Below are positions 13,399 through 27,557 of a stretch of DNA of 64,000 nt, piece by piece. The position numbers and the translations under genes are program-made. Every line of letters begins with the position of its first letter. Positions within the stretch are counted from its first letter, which is position 1. Origin of the DNA: Octopus sinensis (lineage: Eukaryota); the NCBI RefSeq assembly GCF_006345805.1, contig NC_043007.1, forward strand, positions 46,004,001 to 46,068,000, written 5' to 3'. The notes under the pieces are model-generated. The model was not told the DNA's origin and ran no database searches. It saw only the letters and a program-made list of their open reading frames with translations.

Positions 13399-14222
13399 CT
13401 AAACACAGAGAGGAGAAACAAGGACAGCCAAACGGATTAAGTCGATTATATCGACCCCAGTGCGTAACTGGTACTTATTTAATCGACCCCAAAAGGATGA
13501 AAGGCAAAGTTGACCTCGGCGGAATTTGAACTCAGAACTCAGACGAAATACCGCGAAGCATTTCGCCCGGCGTGCTAACGTTTCTGCTAGCTCGCCGCCA
13601 TACGGAGACGTAATATTTATTTCTTTATTGCTCACAGGGGGCTAAACATAGAGGGGACGAACAACGACAATGAGTGTAAGTCAATTACATCGACCACATT
13701 GCATAACTGGTACTTATTTAATCGACCTCGAAAGGATGAATGGCAAAGTGAACCCCAGCGGAATTTGAACTCAGAATGTAGCGGCAGACGAAATGCCGCT
13801 AAGCATTCTGCCAGATCGCCACCCTAAATATTGTTTTCTACTATAGGCACAAGGCACGAAATATTTGGGTAAGGGGCCAGTCAATTAGATCGATCCCTTG
13901 TACACACTTAATCTTTCGACCCCGAAAAGATGAAAGGCAAAGTCGACATCCATGAAATTTGAACTCAGAACGTAAGGACAGACGAAATAACTATTTCTTT
14001 ACTACCCACAAGGGGTTAAACACAGAGAGGACAAACAAGGACAGACAAACGGATTAAATCGATTATATCGACGCCAGAGCGTAACTGGTGTTTGATTTAT
14101 CGACACCGAACGGATGAAAGGCAAAGTCGACCCCGGCGGTATTTGAACTCAGAACTTAACGGCAGACGAACTACTGCGAAGCACTTCGCCCGGCGTGCTA
14201 ACGTTTGTGGCAGCTCGCCGCT
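13399..14222 (-). mobile_element. Four head-to-tail family A SINE copies
   Basis: Four repeats of ...ATCGACCCC-GAAAGGATGAAAGGCAAAGTCGACC-CGGCGGAATTTGAACTCAGAA at about 13399-13598, 13617-13822, 13825-13990 and 13991-14222. Heads (rc GGCGAGCTRGCAGAAACGTTAGCACGCCGGGCGAA) are complete in copies 1 and 4. Confidence 0.92.
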
Positions 14223-15014
14223 TTAAGGAGACGTAATATCATTACCTTTCTCCTGCAAATTTCTTGAAATAAATGACAAAAATGATGTGATTTACTTTGA
14301 AGTAATGTGGTTTTTTGACCACATAACTATGAACACGTAACTATGTTTAATCATCTCTTATATGCACACTGTCATAAGCTTTTCATTAGGTAGATGAAGA
14401 CTTTGAATAATTCCCGAATGTGATTATATTTTGCTAAATACCAGTAGGACGAATAAGTTTGCTAAAAATTAGATTAATTTTTTTCTTAAATATCACGTGG
14501 CTGCAATACTTTGCGATTCTCAAATTTTGGCTATTCTCAAAATTTTCAATCACAATAAGGTATTAAAAACTAATATTTGTATTCAGAAGAAATCTTGTAA
14601 AATGTTCAATATTTTCTGTTGTGTTTAGTTTCTATATTCGCTTCTTTCGTATTTTCCATTACAGAAATCTGTTTACTAATTATAGAGAGTTCGTGACTTA
14701 GAATGTTGATCGGAAATGTGAAGGATCAGAATATAAGCTATTTGATTTAATTTCCTAAATCTTTCAAATAATCATATCAAAGAAAGTACATAAAACCGAG
14801 ATTAGTAAATATTTCTACTTTAGAAATAACAGTTACAATAAAATTCTTGTAATATTTTTGTAATGTATTTAATAATATGCTCACAAATCAATGTGCGGGA
14901 GCACAAAAATACAATTAGGCCATCCGTAGAATGGTCTTGCAACAATGTCTTATGTGTTGTTTGATATCCTATGTCAGCAATGTTTTTTATGGATTATATG
15001 TATATATAAATATG

Positions 15015-15120
15015 CATACATACATACATACATACATACATACATACATACATACATACATACATACATACATACATACAGATATACATACATACATATA
15101 TACACACACACACATATATA

Positions 15121-15187
<67 letters not shown>
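15015..15187. repeat. (CATA)n plus (TA)n microsatellite
   Basis: Direct reading. Confidence 0.95.
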
Positions 15188-15188
<1 letters not shown>

Positions 15189-15238
15189 GAATAGGTAAAT
15201 AAATCGAGTTGAACGAAGATATTAATAAAATTCTTTTA

Positions 15239-15320
15239 CTTTCGACATATATTTCGAAGACAACATGGTTTTATTCCAAAGGGATAAACGGTGTAAGATG
15301 CAATCTTCTCATCAGGAAAG
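15239..15320 (-). ncRNA. Minimal type I hammerhead ribozyme motif (PLE/retrozyme type), intact core
   Basis: Reverse complement: CTTTC-CTGATGA-GAAGA...TCTTC-GAAA-TATATG-TC/GAAAG. Helix I is 5 bp, helix II is closed by 5 bp, helix III is short and near-palindromic, and the cleavage triplet is GUC. Confidence 0.7.
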
Positions 15321-15860
15321 AAAGAGAGCCTCTCTCAACAACAAGGCATTATTACAATTACGATGACTGCCTACATAATAAACAGACTTTTGTCTGTAGC
15401 CGCCTGGTCTACTGCTCTCAACTGTCGTCAACCTTGTGTGTCGAATTAATAGAGTGACTTGAGGCAGTTCAACTGTGTTACGCGAGGAATATTACATCAC
15501 AGAAAGTTGAGCTGTTGGGAGAGACCAAAAGGGTTACGACTCTACTTCCTGGAGCGAAGACAAGGGCGATCTGCGATGATTTACATATGACAGATCCTAG
15601 AGCGGATGCTACCCAACTTTGGCATCGAGAGTTATATCGGCTCCCGTACTTGACGGTTCCAAATAAATCATCCATCCAGTCTTGAGCGAGGATTAGGTAC
15701 TGTAGTAGCCTGGGATTCAAAGGACCACAGCTATTTAATATCATCGCCAAAATCTGAGAGATCAACATGGACTGAATCAGATGATTTCAAGTAAAAACTT
15801 GACCTCCTATCCGAGGCCTTTGATAAACCTACACCATGGAAAGAAATTCAAAGCAATATG
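15321..15860 (+). mobile_element. CR1-type LINE 3' fragment (post-RT region)
   Basis: TFVCSRLVYCSQL..LEAVQ..KRLRLYFLERRQ..IYI*QILERMLPNF..KGPQLFNII..FK*KLDLL corresponds to the CR1 SRLEYCSQLW / LRLYSLERRR / KGPQLFN motifs, with frameshifts. Confidence 0.8.
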
Positions 15861-17077
15861 GAACTCTCAGTGAAAACGGTGATAATACTGGCGGTTTCCA
15901 TCATTCAGTCTTTGGGTTGAAACGCATGAAAGAACAAAAGGATATACATACATAGATACATACATACATACACACACACATACACATACATACATACATG
16001 TGTATATATGTATATGTTTATTATAATGTTAGGTATCAACAGACTTCCTGTTTATCTTTGACGTGAAGCTGTTATGACTGTCCTAGATTTCCATGGAGTT
16101 GGCTAAGATATAATTCAGAATGCTGGTGCTAAACAGAACATTGTTTTGTTAGAAAACAGTTCTGTATGTGGTACAGACAGTGTAGCAGTTTATATCAAAC
16201 TTCTGTTATTTGGTCTATATTATATATGAACTCTATAATTTAAATATAAACAGCGCTGGTGAGTTTTCAAAGTAAGTTACCAGTATTCATAATGTACATT
16301 GTATGACAAACACACCATTATCTGTAGTTTAGAATTAACTATTGTTTACTTACACAGTGGGAAAACTTAAAATTGTAAGTAAATGTAATGCTTCAACAAA
16401 TCATTTATATACAACAGGTAAAGAGAATAAATTAATGGGCTGCAGTAGTATATTTCTATCAAAGGGAAATGTGTTAAATAAAGAAAAAAAAATCAAATAT
16501 ACGACATGTTTCCAATTTCATTTCCTGGCTGAGTACACACAATATGAATTGTATTAAAGAGTTGACTATTGCCAGAATAAATCATAAAAAATTACTTTTA
16601 AACTTCTATACAAATTATAACGTTCGTGAATGGTTTAGTAAATGTTGTTTTGAGAGAATCAAACAGAAGATTATGCTTACAGAGGTTCCGACTTCGATCG
16701 TTCAGACTTTGAGAATTGGACTATAGTATTAAATGTTAAAAAATGAGTAAGTTAACAAAAGTCGATCTCACTAAGGATATAATAAATGTGAAAGGGAAAC
16801 TCAGGCATTGACTAATCTCTGTAAATGACAATTAAACAGTAATTTATATGGAGGAACTTTACATTTAGGAGTGTAACGTAGAATTTCCTGTAATTCAGAC
16901 TGCCTAATAATACCAGCAAACAATATGGAAAAATAGTTGTCCCAAAGGATGGGAAGGGAGATTTATCAAATGTCACGGTAGATTACTGTAAGGCTGTAGA
17001 AAGATTTATGAAGATTTAGCATACATTTATGGCAGAATTAGCAAAAGCACTTCTATATAACTCTTTTCTCTTTTACT

Positions 17078-17273
17078 CTTTTACTTGTTTCGATCATTTG
17101 ACTGTGACCATGCTGGAACACCGCATTCAGTCAAGCAAACCAACCCCATGACTTATTCTTTGGAAGCCTAGTACTTTTTCTATCGAAGCGCTAAGTTACT
17201 GGGACGTAAACACACCAGCATCTGTTGTCAAGCGATGTTGGGGATACAAACATAGACACACAAACATATACAG

Positions 17274-17351
<78 letters not shown>

Positions 17352-17471
17352 TACGACGGGCTTCTTTCAGATTCCGTCTACCAAATCCACTCACAAAGGC
17401 TTTTGTCGGCCTGAGGCTATAGTAGAAGACACTTGCCCAAGGTGCCATGCACTGAGAATGAACCCTAGAAC
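17078..17471 (-). mobile_element. tRNA-derived SINE, family B (internal (TA)n)
   Basis: Aligns with 26581-26998, 42590-42948 and 48757-49200 (CACTTGCCCAAGGTGCC, CCAAATCCACTCACAAAGGC, GGACGTAAACACACCAGCATC, GGCCATGCTGGAGCACC motifs). Confidence 0.9.
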
Positions 17472-17639
17472 GTTTTTTTTTTGTTTCTGTACCACTCTAC
17501 CGGTTTCTTTCTTTATTACATTCACAAATACGTAATTCGTATTAGTTATACAAAGGAACAATAATAAACTAAAAAATAATAATAACGATGATGATGATGA
17601 TGATGAGGATAATAATTCATTATTTTATTAGCCAAAAGG

Positions 17640-18539
17640 GCTCACATAAAACATCATTAAATGACATGCAACAACATAAAAGACAAAGCCAGGACAATAC
17701 AATGGGTTTTACAGCGTGTAAACAATATATGTAACAATAAAAAATTAAACAAATTTAAACTCCCTATAGGGGAGGTGCTTTAAGGTCTTCGGAGAAAACC
17801 CACAAAAGCCACGGCTACCTGATCAACAGGTGCATGCTAAGAATTGGCCCTTTCACACTGGCCATTCACCCACCTTTCAACAAACTTGCTACAAGGCAAC
17901 ACTTCCCTAACTTCAACTTCCTTTTCAAGTGAAACTAGAAAAGGTTGATGAGGGCTTCGCCAAAAGGAAAGTGTCTGTCTTAAGTCCTTTGAAACATGCC
18001 CACCATAATACCTCTTTCACTACAGCCACTCGACAAGTACAAATTGCCTGCACCATCCGGCTAAAAGAGGGCAGCGGAGCAATCTTCGCAATGGATTCAG
18101 TTGATAGCCGGATCCAACCTACACGAGACAGTAGGTGTTCAACTTAAACCCACAGGTCAGCAACACTCAGTCACTGGACTAGGGCGTGCAGACCGGTTTC
18201 ATCGTTTTGGGATCAACTCGGGCAGATCCGGCTGATGGCACTTCCGTGCCTGAAATGTTTATTGCGTACAAATAGCGCCCCTCGGTAGCATTGCTAGACA
18301 AGGGATTTCTGAAAGTTATCTATAAGCCCCTGCCCGAAAGTTCTCCGAAACAGACCGGTTAGTCGATCTTCATCGACACCCAGAGTTTCCTCGAGAACGT
18401 CGTCGCACTTTCCCTCCACTAGCCGTTTATAGAACGCTAGAGAGGAACTACCACCGACTGCATTGCAGGCCTGGCTGAGGGCTGTGAGCGCTTGACGGTA
18501 CACGAGGTGCCAAACGCCTCTCCTCGGTTTACGCCACAT
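17640..18539 (-). mobile_element. L1/Tx1-clade LINE, 5'-truncated (zf-RVT region and 3' UTR)
   Basis: QKSLV*QCYRGAL..RICPS*SQNDETGLHALVQ..LWV*VEHLLSRVG..KEVLWW..KGLKTDTFL, a decayed CxxC..ETxxHAL..C finger typical of L1/Tx1 C-termini. GC/CpG-rich relative to the flanks. Confidence 0.75.
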
Positions 18540-18912
18540 TTATTTGCCACAAATACTGAGATAAAGTGTGGGGGTTTACAAATAATAAAATGAATAAAAA
18601 AAGAACAGAAAGAAAGTATGCATACACGGTTTCACCGAACAAGAAGGGACATATGCAAAGGAAACAAAGGTTTAAAAACAAGTGGTGGCGAAGTTGATAG
18701 AGACGTTGCTCTCCTGATACAAGAAGGCCTGGAAGGATAGTCGAGAAACCCCACTGTCCGAGATATCCCTGAAACCACAGGAGCAAGTGCCCTCCCCAAT
18801 TCCTTCTGTCCGGCTCACAGGTCATCATTTGCCATTTTTGCAACTTTCACTCACCTTTCATTAACCCCACTCGACGACTGCACTTCCCTCTCCACTCTCA
18901 ATTTCAATTCCA
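18540..18912 (-). mobile_element. Second L1/Tx1-like 3' end (C-terminus plus 3' UTR with AATAAA)
   Basis: The reverse complement begins ..GAAATTGAGAGTGGAGAGGGAAGTG..GAAAGGTGAGTGAAAGTTGCAAAAATGGC, paralogous to the C-terminus of the neighbouring copy. It ends GCAAATAAAT at the junction. Confidence 0.55.
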
Positions 18913-19701
18913 AGGTAAACATGAATAAAGCAATGAGAGCTCTACCAAAGAAGAATGTATCTGTCCTCATGCAGTTCAACCTTGTCCATCAAACAACCTG
19001 TTTGGGTACAGCGACCAGGCAAAGGAAAACTGCCTTCGGTTTTCACAATTTTTTCAAAGCTATAATGGAATTGAGTGAGGAACATATCCGCCATATTTTG
19101 CTTCATGAGTTCAATAAAGGCAACAAGGCATGGGAAAGTGCGAGGTGTATGGAAATTGGACAATGAGTATAAGTCGGTATGAACGGTGGTTTCTAGAAAT
19201 TCCGAGCTGGAAACTACAGCCTAGAAGATGAACCTCTTCTTGGAAGATCTGTAGAACTCGACGAGGACATCCTGCAAAACCTAGCGGCATAAAATCTTAT
19301 CATAACTGTTGAGGAACTAAGACAGATGCTTGGATTTGGTCATTCAACCATTCATCGATACCTGCATGTCATCGGAAAAGTCAGCAAATTGGGTCAATGT
19401 TTTCCTCACAAACTTTCCAAGTCTGATCGCGCTCAGATAGTGAATGTGTGCTTTTTTTTTCTGTCACGTCTCACGAATGTATCTGGTAACTGGTGACGAG
19501 GTCAGAACAGTAGTGGAGGAGGATTTTTCGTCAGCACCAACTGAATTTTGGAATAGGGGCCTTGTAAGTCTACGAGATAGATGGCAGAGCATTGTAGAAA
19601 ATAAAGTAGAGTATATTTTAGATTAAAAAAGAACGTTTTTTTAATCTTAATTTTGAAAAATAAGACCATAAAAACGGCATTATCTATGGGATGAACTAAT
19701 A
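18913..19701 (+). mobile_element. Mariner (DD34D) element, internally deleted
   Basis: ATG at 19065 gives MELSEEHIRHILLHEFNKGNKA..WF*KFRAGNYSLEDEP..GRSVELDED..GKVSKLG..PHKL..LVTGDE, joined directly to the C-terminal FWNRGLVSLRDRWQSIVENKVEYILD* (stop 19626). The right TIR AAAACGGCATTATCTATGGGATGAACTAA|TA ends at 19701. Confidence 0.92.
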
Positions 19702-19774
19702 TATATGTACACACACACACACACCACACACACACACACATATATATTTATATATATATATATATAATATATAT

Positions 19775-20222
<448 letters not shown>

Positions 20223-20245
20223 TATATATATATATAATATATATA

Positions 20246-20276
<31 letters not shown>

Positions 20277-21859
20277 GAAGGCTTAAAAAGTAATCAAGGG
20301 ATCAAGGGACATACTCAGTATGTCTACCTGCTCAAATTAACAGTAAAAACTCTTATTTAAATCGCCAAAATACGCTGGTAATAACTACACTAGATAATAA
20401 CAGAGAATGGTATCATCGCAAATTATTTTTTCGTGAATTATTTGCCTTAGATATATATATATATAAAATCCCACACGCATATGTATGAGTGTATCCATGT
20501 GTGTAGGTATGCATGCATTTATGTAGCTATGTGTGTACGTATCTATGTGTTTGTGTGTGTATTGCAGCCTGGTTCTGTCTCAACATTTCACTTGGTATAG
20601 CATACCCAGAATAGCAAGCCTGATATAGGATACTACTTGGCCTTAATTTCGTTGCAGGCATGGTGGTCTGGACGCTTAATGTCGCAGTAGACTCAGTAGG
20701 GCATTATAGTGCGTAGCTTTCAAATTTTTGCTTAACCATGAAACTTAATTGTTACTTCTTGTATCCACTGCAAAAAGCTGAAAGATAACGTTGGTCTTGG
20801 CGGGACGCAGATACGACACAGTGAAGAGAGACGAAACAAATGGCACGTGGTATTCTACCCTGGCGACTCTACTACTATGATATTTAAACCATTGAGAACC
20901 AAATTCTCTCTCCTGTTAACAGAGTAAGAACACCATATATGCCCAGTATTTCCATGTAGCGCATGTCAAGGAGCATATTTATGACTCTTTAACCTTTCTC
21001 AATGGGAAATACCGAAGATTCGATGCCCTAGCTTTAGATAAAAACAGTGCTGTGCTAGTGAACCGCCTGGTCGGAGAAAAACTGCAGCATTAGTGCCACT
21101 CAGTAAGTAGGAAGAAACGAAATTTAGGCGAGTTAAAATATGTCACATATTTTACCTCATGAAGACAAATTCACGGCAGTTACTGAGGAGATAAAATACC
21201 ATACATATTAACTTACACGCATGGATACGTACATAAATACATACTTATATACATACGAGTGCATACTTATACACTCACACACACACACACACGAACGCAT
21301 ACAGATAAATGATGGCGTCGAGCTAGCATAAGCGATAGCATGCCGGACAAAATATTTGCTGCTTTTCTTCTGGGTTTCAATTTTGGGGTCTTAACTTTTT
21401 ATCATTTAAGGTTCAATAAAATGTATACCGATGAATCCTTGGGGCTGCATGCGATCGAAAATTACCTCACACCTATTTCGAGCCCTCTTCCTGCAGTAGA
21501 AAGCAAATGATATATCGATATACAGGTAAACCAAATAAACAAATAACAACAAAAGCCAATTGGACGTACATAGTAAGTATATGAGATTGACGCTTAGTGA
21601 AGGTTTTAAATGGGAAAAAAAGCAGGAGTGAGGTTTCAAGCATGACTCTTCGTTGGAAAGAAGAAAACGTTCAGTAAGGAGGGAAATGAGGAAGCATCAG
21701 CTGGTCAGAGAAATACACATTCGTTGTATGGCCGAATAATAAGTCACGGAAGTTGGAGGGAGATAGAGAATGTGACTTTTGAAGGCCGGAGTGTACAAAC
21801 TTGGCTATTGTATTTGTGTATGCAAGAGCCGTAATGTATGGGTATCTGTATGCATGTGT

Positions 21860-21895
<36 letters not shown>

Positions 21896-22583
21896 GAGAG
21901 AGAAAGACTGCTTGTGTGTGTGTATATGGGGTCTAATTGTGAATGTATATATATGTTTATGTGTATTTGTACGGATTGCGAGTAACATGTTTATATATTA
22001 GGGAGGATATGTAGTATGGATGTTCGTGTCTGTGTTTATAAAGAGTGATGTATGGGTGAGGTAGTGAAGCGAAAAGGTTAGTAGTAGTAGGGAGATTTTA
22101 GCTGTGGACAGGCATGGGTTCATGCGGTAGATGCTTGATTGCGTGACTAATGATGTGTGTTTACGTACGTTTCTGTGCATGTGCGCGTAAGTGTGTGTGA
22201 GTACGTGTGTACGGGTGTGTGTGCATGCGTTTGTATAAATGCGCTTGCCTATTATTTACCTATGTGTGCGTATGCATGCACAGGTGTGTATCTGTCACTG
22301 TGGGCAAGGCGTTTCTTCTGCATCCTAGGATATGGGAATGTATGTATGCATGTGTGTGGTAGATATGTATGAATGTGTGTGAGAGAAAGTACGAGATATG
22401 TATATGGACGTGTGTGGAAAACAAAAACCAAAATCAAAAATAAAAATTTCGCCATAGGCCACTTTGTATTTCATCCTTTCGGGGTCGATAAAATAGATAA
22501 CATTCGAGTACAGTGCTCACTGTAATGGAATTACCTCTTGCCTCCAAATTGTTGGTTTTGTGTCAAAATTTGAATTTATCATT

Positions 22584-22636
<53 letters not shown>

Positions 22637-23003
22637 TTCTATTGAAAACATATTGATTCCACTCCATACGACTTTTGAAAGCTTGTAACAGAAATCCGGC
22701 TCTTTTAGGACCAGATTACAGAATAAAGAAGTACAGGAGGTTCGTGATAGCAACTGGAAGTCTAAGATGGCTGCTATTGGTCAAGGTTGGTCACATAGTG
22801 ATATTAGTGGTAATATCAGCGACACCAGATGCATTAAAAACATTAGACGGAAAATTTTCTTAAGCTTGAGAGAAAGCTGGTGTCTAGTGCGACTTGGTAA
22901 GGAATGTGGCTTTTGAAAGCAAGAGAGAACAAACTTGACCATTGTGTTTGTGTGTGCAGAGCTGTAGTGTGTGCGTGTGTCTGTATGTGTGTGCGTGTGC
23001 GAT

Positions 23004-23034
<31 letters not shown>

Positions 23035-23168
23035 CAGAGAGAGAGAGCGTGTTTGTGTGTATACTAGATATATGAGTGCGTGGATGTACATTTTTGAATT
23101 TGTGTATAAACTATGGTTTTAAATAATATATATAAATTCTACTATATGTGTGTGTGTTTGTGCACTTA

Positions 23169-23262
<94 letters not shown>

Positions 23263-23899
23263 ATATATATATATGTATAAGCATATGTATACATGCACAC
23301 AATCACATAGGCGTATGTGGATATCTGCATGAATATTCTCAGGTATAGACGGATATGCTCATGTGGACGATAAAAGAAAACACTATGTGGGGAATATGAG
23401 AACCAAATATATGTTCGTTATAATATGCCTTGTGTTTCAGCTATCAAGCAGTGCTATTACGTATCACTGCCTCTAATTTAATATCCCAGCAACAGATCGC
23501 TTCATTTAGCAAACATGTCTTAGAACAACTTCACTAAAAAGAATTGCAATACTACAAAACATTGCCGGAATTTTGGTTACTTCTAGAAGTTATTGATCTC
23601 CGCATCCACACAAAATCACGTTAATATTTAGCGATTAAAAAACATTGTGTTGTTTATAACAGAATTTGATATAATAGCGAACAATTCTCCCAGACAACGA
23701 AAACTATCTTTTGCGACAAGAATATTACAAAAGAATGTCCCACAGCTAAGTACATGGCTAAAGATTTCTCCTTTTTAATGTTTTAATACTCATGTGAAAT
23801 AGAGTCTAATTGAGTGTTGTTAACGGAGCGAAAGATAACCAGTTGTTATTTCACATCCTTATGCAGTGTACCTTTTCATATCAAGTTTGATATATTTTA

Positions 23900-24900
23900 C
23901 TGGGAGCTGAGGGGTATCTCAACGGAGAAACTGGAATAATGCCATGATAATAAGCAAAGTTAATTTCGTCTTATTTATAAATTACAGAAACCCTAAGTCT
24001 TATTCTGACCGAGAGCATCAATCAATTCCAATAAGGAGTTGAACAACTTGGCAACTGCCCGCGCTTAGAACTTTGAGTGTTATGACAATTATATTAGCAA
24101 TAATCTGCGCATATGAACTGCTTCTAGACTCAGTGAATCAGTTTGAATTCCCGGTTTATTAACTCAGAAGATGACATTTTGAAACTTAATCCATATTCCT
24201 TTTTTTGTTTTTATATATAAACCATACGCTGCTACATACGTGTAATGCAAAAATATTGAAATCAAAATCATTGGTCACTGTATCCAAATGGTAGAGCGAA
24301 CCAAAACTTTGTTATCCTGACGAGATGGATTTAAACTTGTTTTGATCTGCAGCCAGCTAAAATTGCTTAAGAGAAATCCGACTCAGTTTCATTAGCTGTG
24401 ATATTTTAAAGCAGTAACTTTCTGTACTCAAGAGATGTAACTTGGTATGAAATGAAATTTCAAACGTTATCAAATGATTGATGGCCATTTGCTATATTCG
24501 GAATACGCGTTAAGCAATTAAAATGACAGATTGCTTTAATAGGTATCGATTGTGGACAATGTGGAGCTTTTGTGCCATTAGACACATAATATAAGAAAGT
24601 TGGGTTATAGATTGGACGCGTTAGAAGAATAAATCTAATGAGTAAAATCATTACTTCAAGTAGTTGTTTCGAGAAAGGGAATAAAGCCATCGTTTTTCTA
24701 TTTGTCGTTCTCTGACATTAGGGCATTGGAGCAATTTGTTATGTCAAACAATTTGATGAATGACTCCAATTTGCAGGACTCCATAATTTGTGATGAAGGT
24801 AACCTTGCCCAAACAATCTACAATCTGCTATATTTGGCAGAAATGTGTTTCTGGTTGTATTTACGGATTAAACCTATAGTATATTATAAAAATATCGGAG
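23900..24900 (-). mobile_element. Highly decayed Penelope-like element fragment
   Basis: Minus frame NDGFIPFLETT..FTH*IY..NFL..WHKS..RLKFHF resembles the PLE PFLD/IYRKPT/NFLS region, with many stops. Confidence 0.4.
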
Positions 24901-26580
24901 TTTAGTTTGTTGGTAAAGGAATTTCATTGAATCCACAGTTATTTAGACGTCGTAAATAGATTAAAATTGCTATTTCAATAAAGATTATCTGATATAATAA
25001 ATCAAACTATACAATACTGTTCATAAGCTGACATTTACGTGTGCATACCACTTAAAATTATTTACCTCACTGCAGGTAAACGTAACTCATTGCTTGTTGG
25101 TCTCGTATGTTTTTTATAAGTTAGACAATACGGCCTCAGATTGAGCATACGAGTATGACCGTTTATATCGATGCGATTCTTTACTTTATTGATGCTGCGA
25201 TAGAATGGCAAAATGGATATTGGCGGGATTTGCGCTCAAAGCTTAAAGATAAGTAACAATATAATTCAAAGCATTTTTTATGATCTAAACATTCTACAGA
25301 TCCACAATAATTGTTTGCATATAATATTACAATGCATAACAGTATAGCGACAAAATAACTAGCAACACATTACAAACGTGTTTTCTATACGAATTGTTCA
25401 TATAGCTGCATAAATTGCTCGATAGCTGCATAACTGATTATAAACATTGAATTAAACTGACTTTAACATTCTGCTAGTTTTAACATGTCCCGGCAATGGA
25501 GGATTGACTAATGTTTTAAGTGACTTACATTAACATAAAATAAATCATAATAGTCGGAAATTAAAATTCCTTATGAGGTCTTCGTGGCAGGGGATTATTA
25601 ATCGCCATCTCTTATTATATAGCCAAGGCTAATAGCAATAAAAGGAAACGTTCCATCCAAAATTAGCTTTCTGGTTTAATATCGCTCTACTCAATATTTT
25701 GTCTAGTATGCAATAATCAAATTAGCCATAATTGAACTAGATTAAAAAGAAGAATTAAACCTTTCACCATTTCTGAAACACTGTCGCTTTAAACACTTTC
25801 ATAAAACTAGTTTTCGTAGCAAAAAAAGTAATTTATCCTTTGCCGTGCCTCTAACCGGTTTTGTATGTAAAATCCCATTCCTCATTAGTCTCACACAACT
25901 GTAGGAATATCTAACTTCCCAACATGTAAATATTCCGTCCAAAACAACACATAGTCGTTAAAATTAATTAATTAAACTGTAATCTCAATCGATTCTGTCC
26001 ACTTCCTTTCATTGGATTTTCTACGAAAACTGTACATATTCACAATCTTCACAACGATATATATGTATCTACTTAAATAGCCTGCTCCATTTCAAAATAT
26101 CTTTCAAAAAGACTAGCGTCAGGGCTATGTTTTTAATAGCTTCCGTCAAAGCCGTAAGTGATCCTGAACTATTACTGTTAACGCTTTTGTTTTACTCAGT
26201 TATATTGAGCTGATTCATTTACAAGTATATACACTTCTCTCTGGCAAAAAGGACAATCACATGGGTTTCACAGAAGGTAATGGAAATACAGCAATGTATG
26301 TATGCATGAATGTATGTAAGTATGTGTGTATGCATGTATGTATGTATGCATATATATATGCAGAAGGAGAGAGAGAGAAAGAAAGAGGGGGAGAGAAATT
26401 AAAGTGGTGTACATATTTTGTATATTAAGAAAAGGGAGGTTTTCAGAAATTTGCATAATTATTTATTACCACCTTCATCTCATTCTCTTCAGAGACTCAT
26501 CAGACGTGATTTTTGTTATAGAATTGTTTGCCATTTTATATCAGAAGGGATGAGAATGATCTTTTGTTATCTATATCATA

Positions 26581-26998
26581 GGCGCAGGCATGGGTATGTG
26601 GTATGAAGCTTGTATCCAAACCACATGGTACTGGGTTCAGTCTCACTCCGTAGTAGCTTGGGCAAGTGTCTTTTACTATAACCTCCGGCCGGCCAAAGCC
26701 TTGTGAGTGGATTTCGTCGATGGAAACTGAAGGAAGCCCGTTATATATAGATATATATATATGTGTGGGTATATATTCACGTGTGCGTGTGTGTCTGTGT
26801 TTGTCCCTCATCATCGCTTGACAACCAATGGTGGTGTGCTTACGCCTCTGTAATTTAGCAGTTTGGCCTAAGAGATCAATAGTATATGTACAAGGCTTAC
26901 AAAGAATAAGGCCCGCGGTCGATTTGTTCAACTTAAAAGCCTTTAAAGTGGTGCTCCAGCATGACCGCAATCAAATGACTGAGACAAGTAAGAGACTA
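26581..26998 (+). mobile_element. tRNA-derived SINE, family B
   Basis: Head GGCGCAGGCATGGGTATGTGGTATGAAGCTTG..GGTTCAGTCTCACT, internal (TA)/(TG), tail GGTGCTCCAGCATGACCGCAATCAAATGACTGAGACAAGTAAGAG. Confidence 0.9.
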
Positions 26999-27525
26999 AA
27001 AATATATGTGTGTATTTAGATGAAGATAGGCTACAACCGATATATGCGGTTATTATACATATATTTAATTAGAAGTTAAAACAGCCTCATTAAGAGATAG
27101 TAATATCCAATGCATTACTGGTTCATTGTCCAGTATTTTCTTGAATAGTAATATTCATAAAATAATAGGTCTAACTATAAATCCTGGTTTCTAAATATTC
27201 AAAAGAAAATTTATAAACTAGAGATGTAGCATTAACGTAAATTATTAACTACATAAAAATCTAACATATTCTCTTACAGCTGTTTCCATTTTGCCCAAAG
27301 ATTAAATTAGATTAATTTATATCATTGTATTAAGCAAAATCTCATCCGAAGGATAGAAAAGATACACCGTTAGGTAGCTGTTGCATTTTGAAATCATCTC
27401 AGTATACCGAATATTATTTTGTTGGTAATATTGGTATAAACCTAGGGCAGGGGGCCATAGGTTGCGTTAGTGGGTAATGGATAATGTGAATAAAATGTGA
27501 ATAATATGGATATATATATATATAT

Positions 27526-27557
<32 letters not shown>

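Noticed and set aside
13399-14222. Regularly spaced repeats superficially like a CRISPR array
   Set aside because: The units are whole diverged SINEs of about 200 bp, not short identical repeats with unique spacers; no cas genes.
18000-18540. CpG-rich island suggesting a promoter (also 61560-62120)
   Set aside because: Explained by L1/Tx1-type coding remnants.
22640-22900. Possible CR1 3' fragment (ENILIPLHTTF..RIKKYRRF)
   Set aside because: Similarity is too weak to support by eye.
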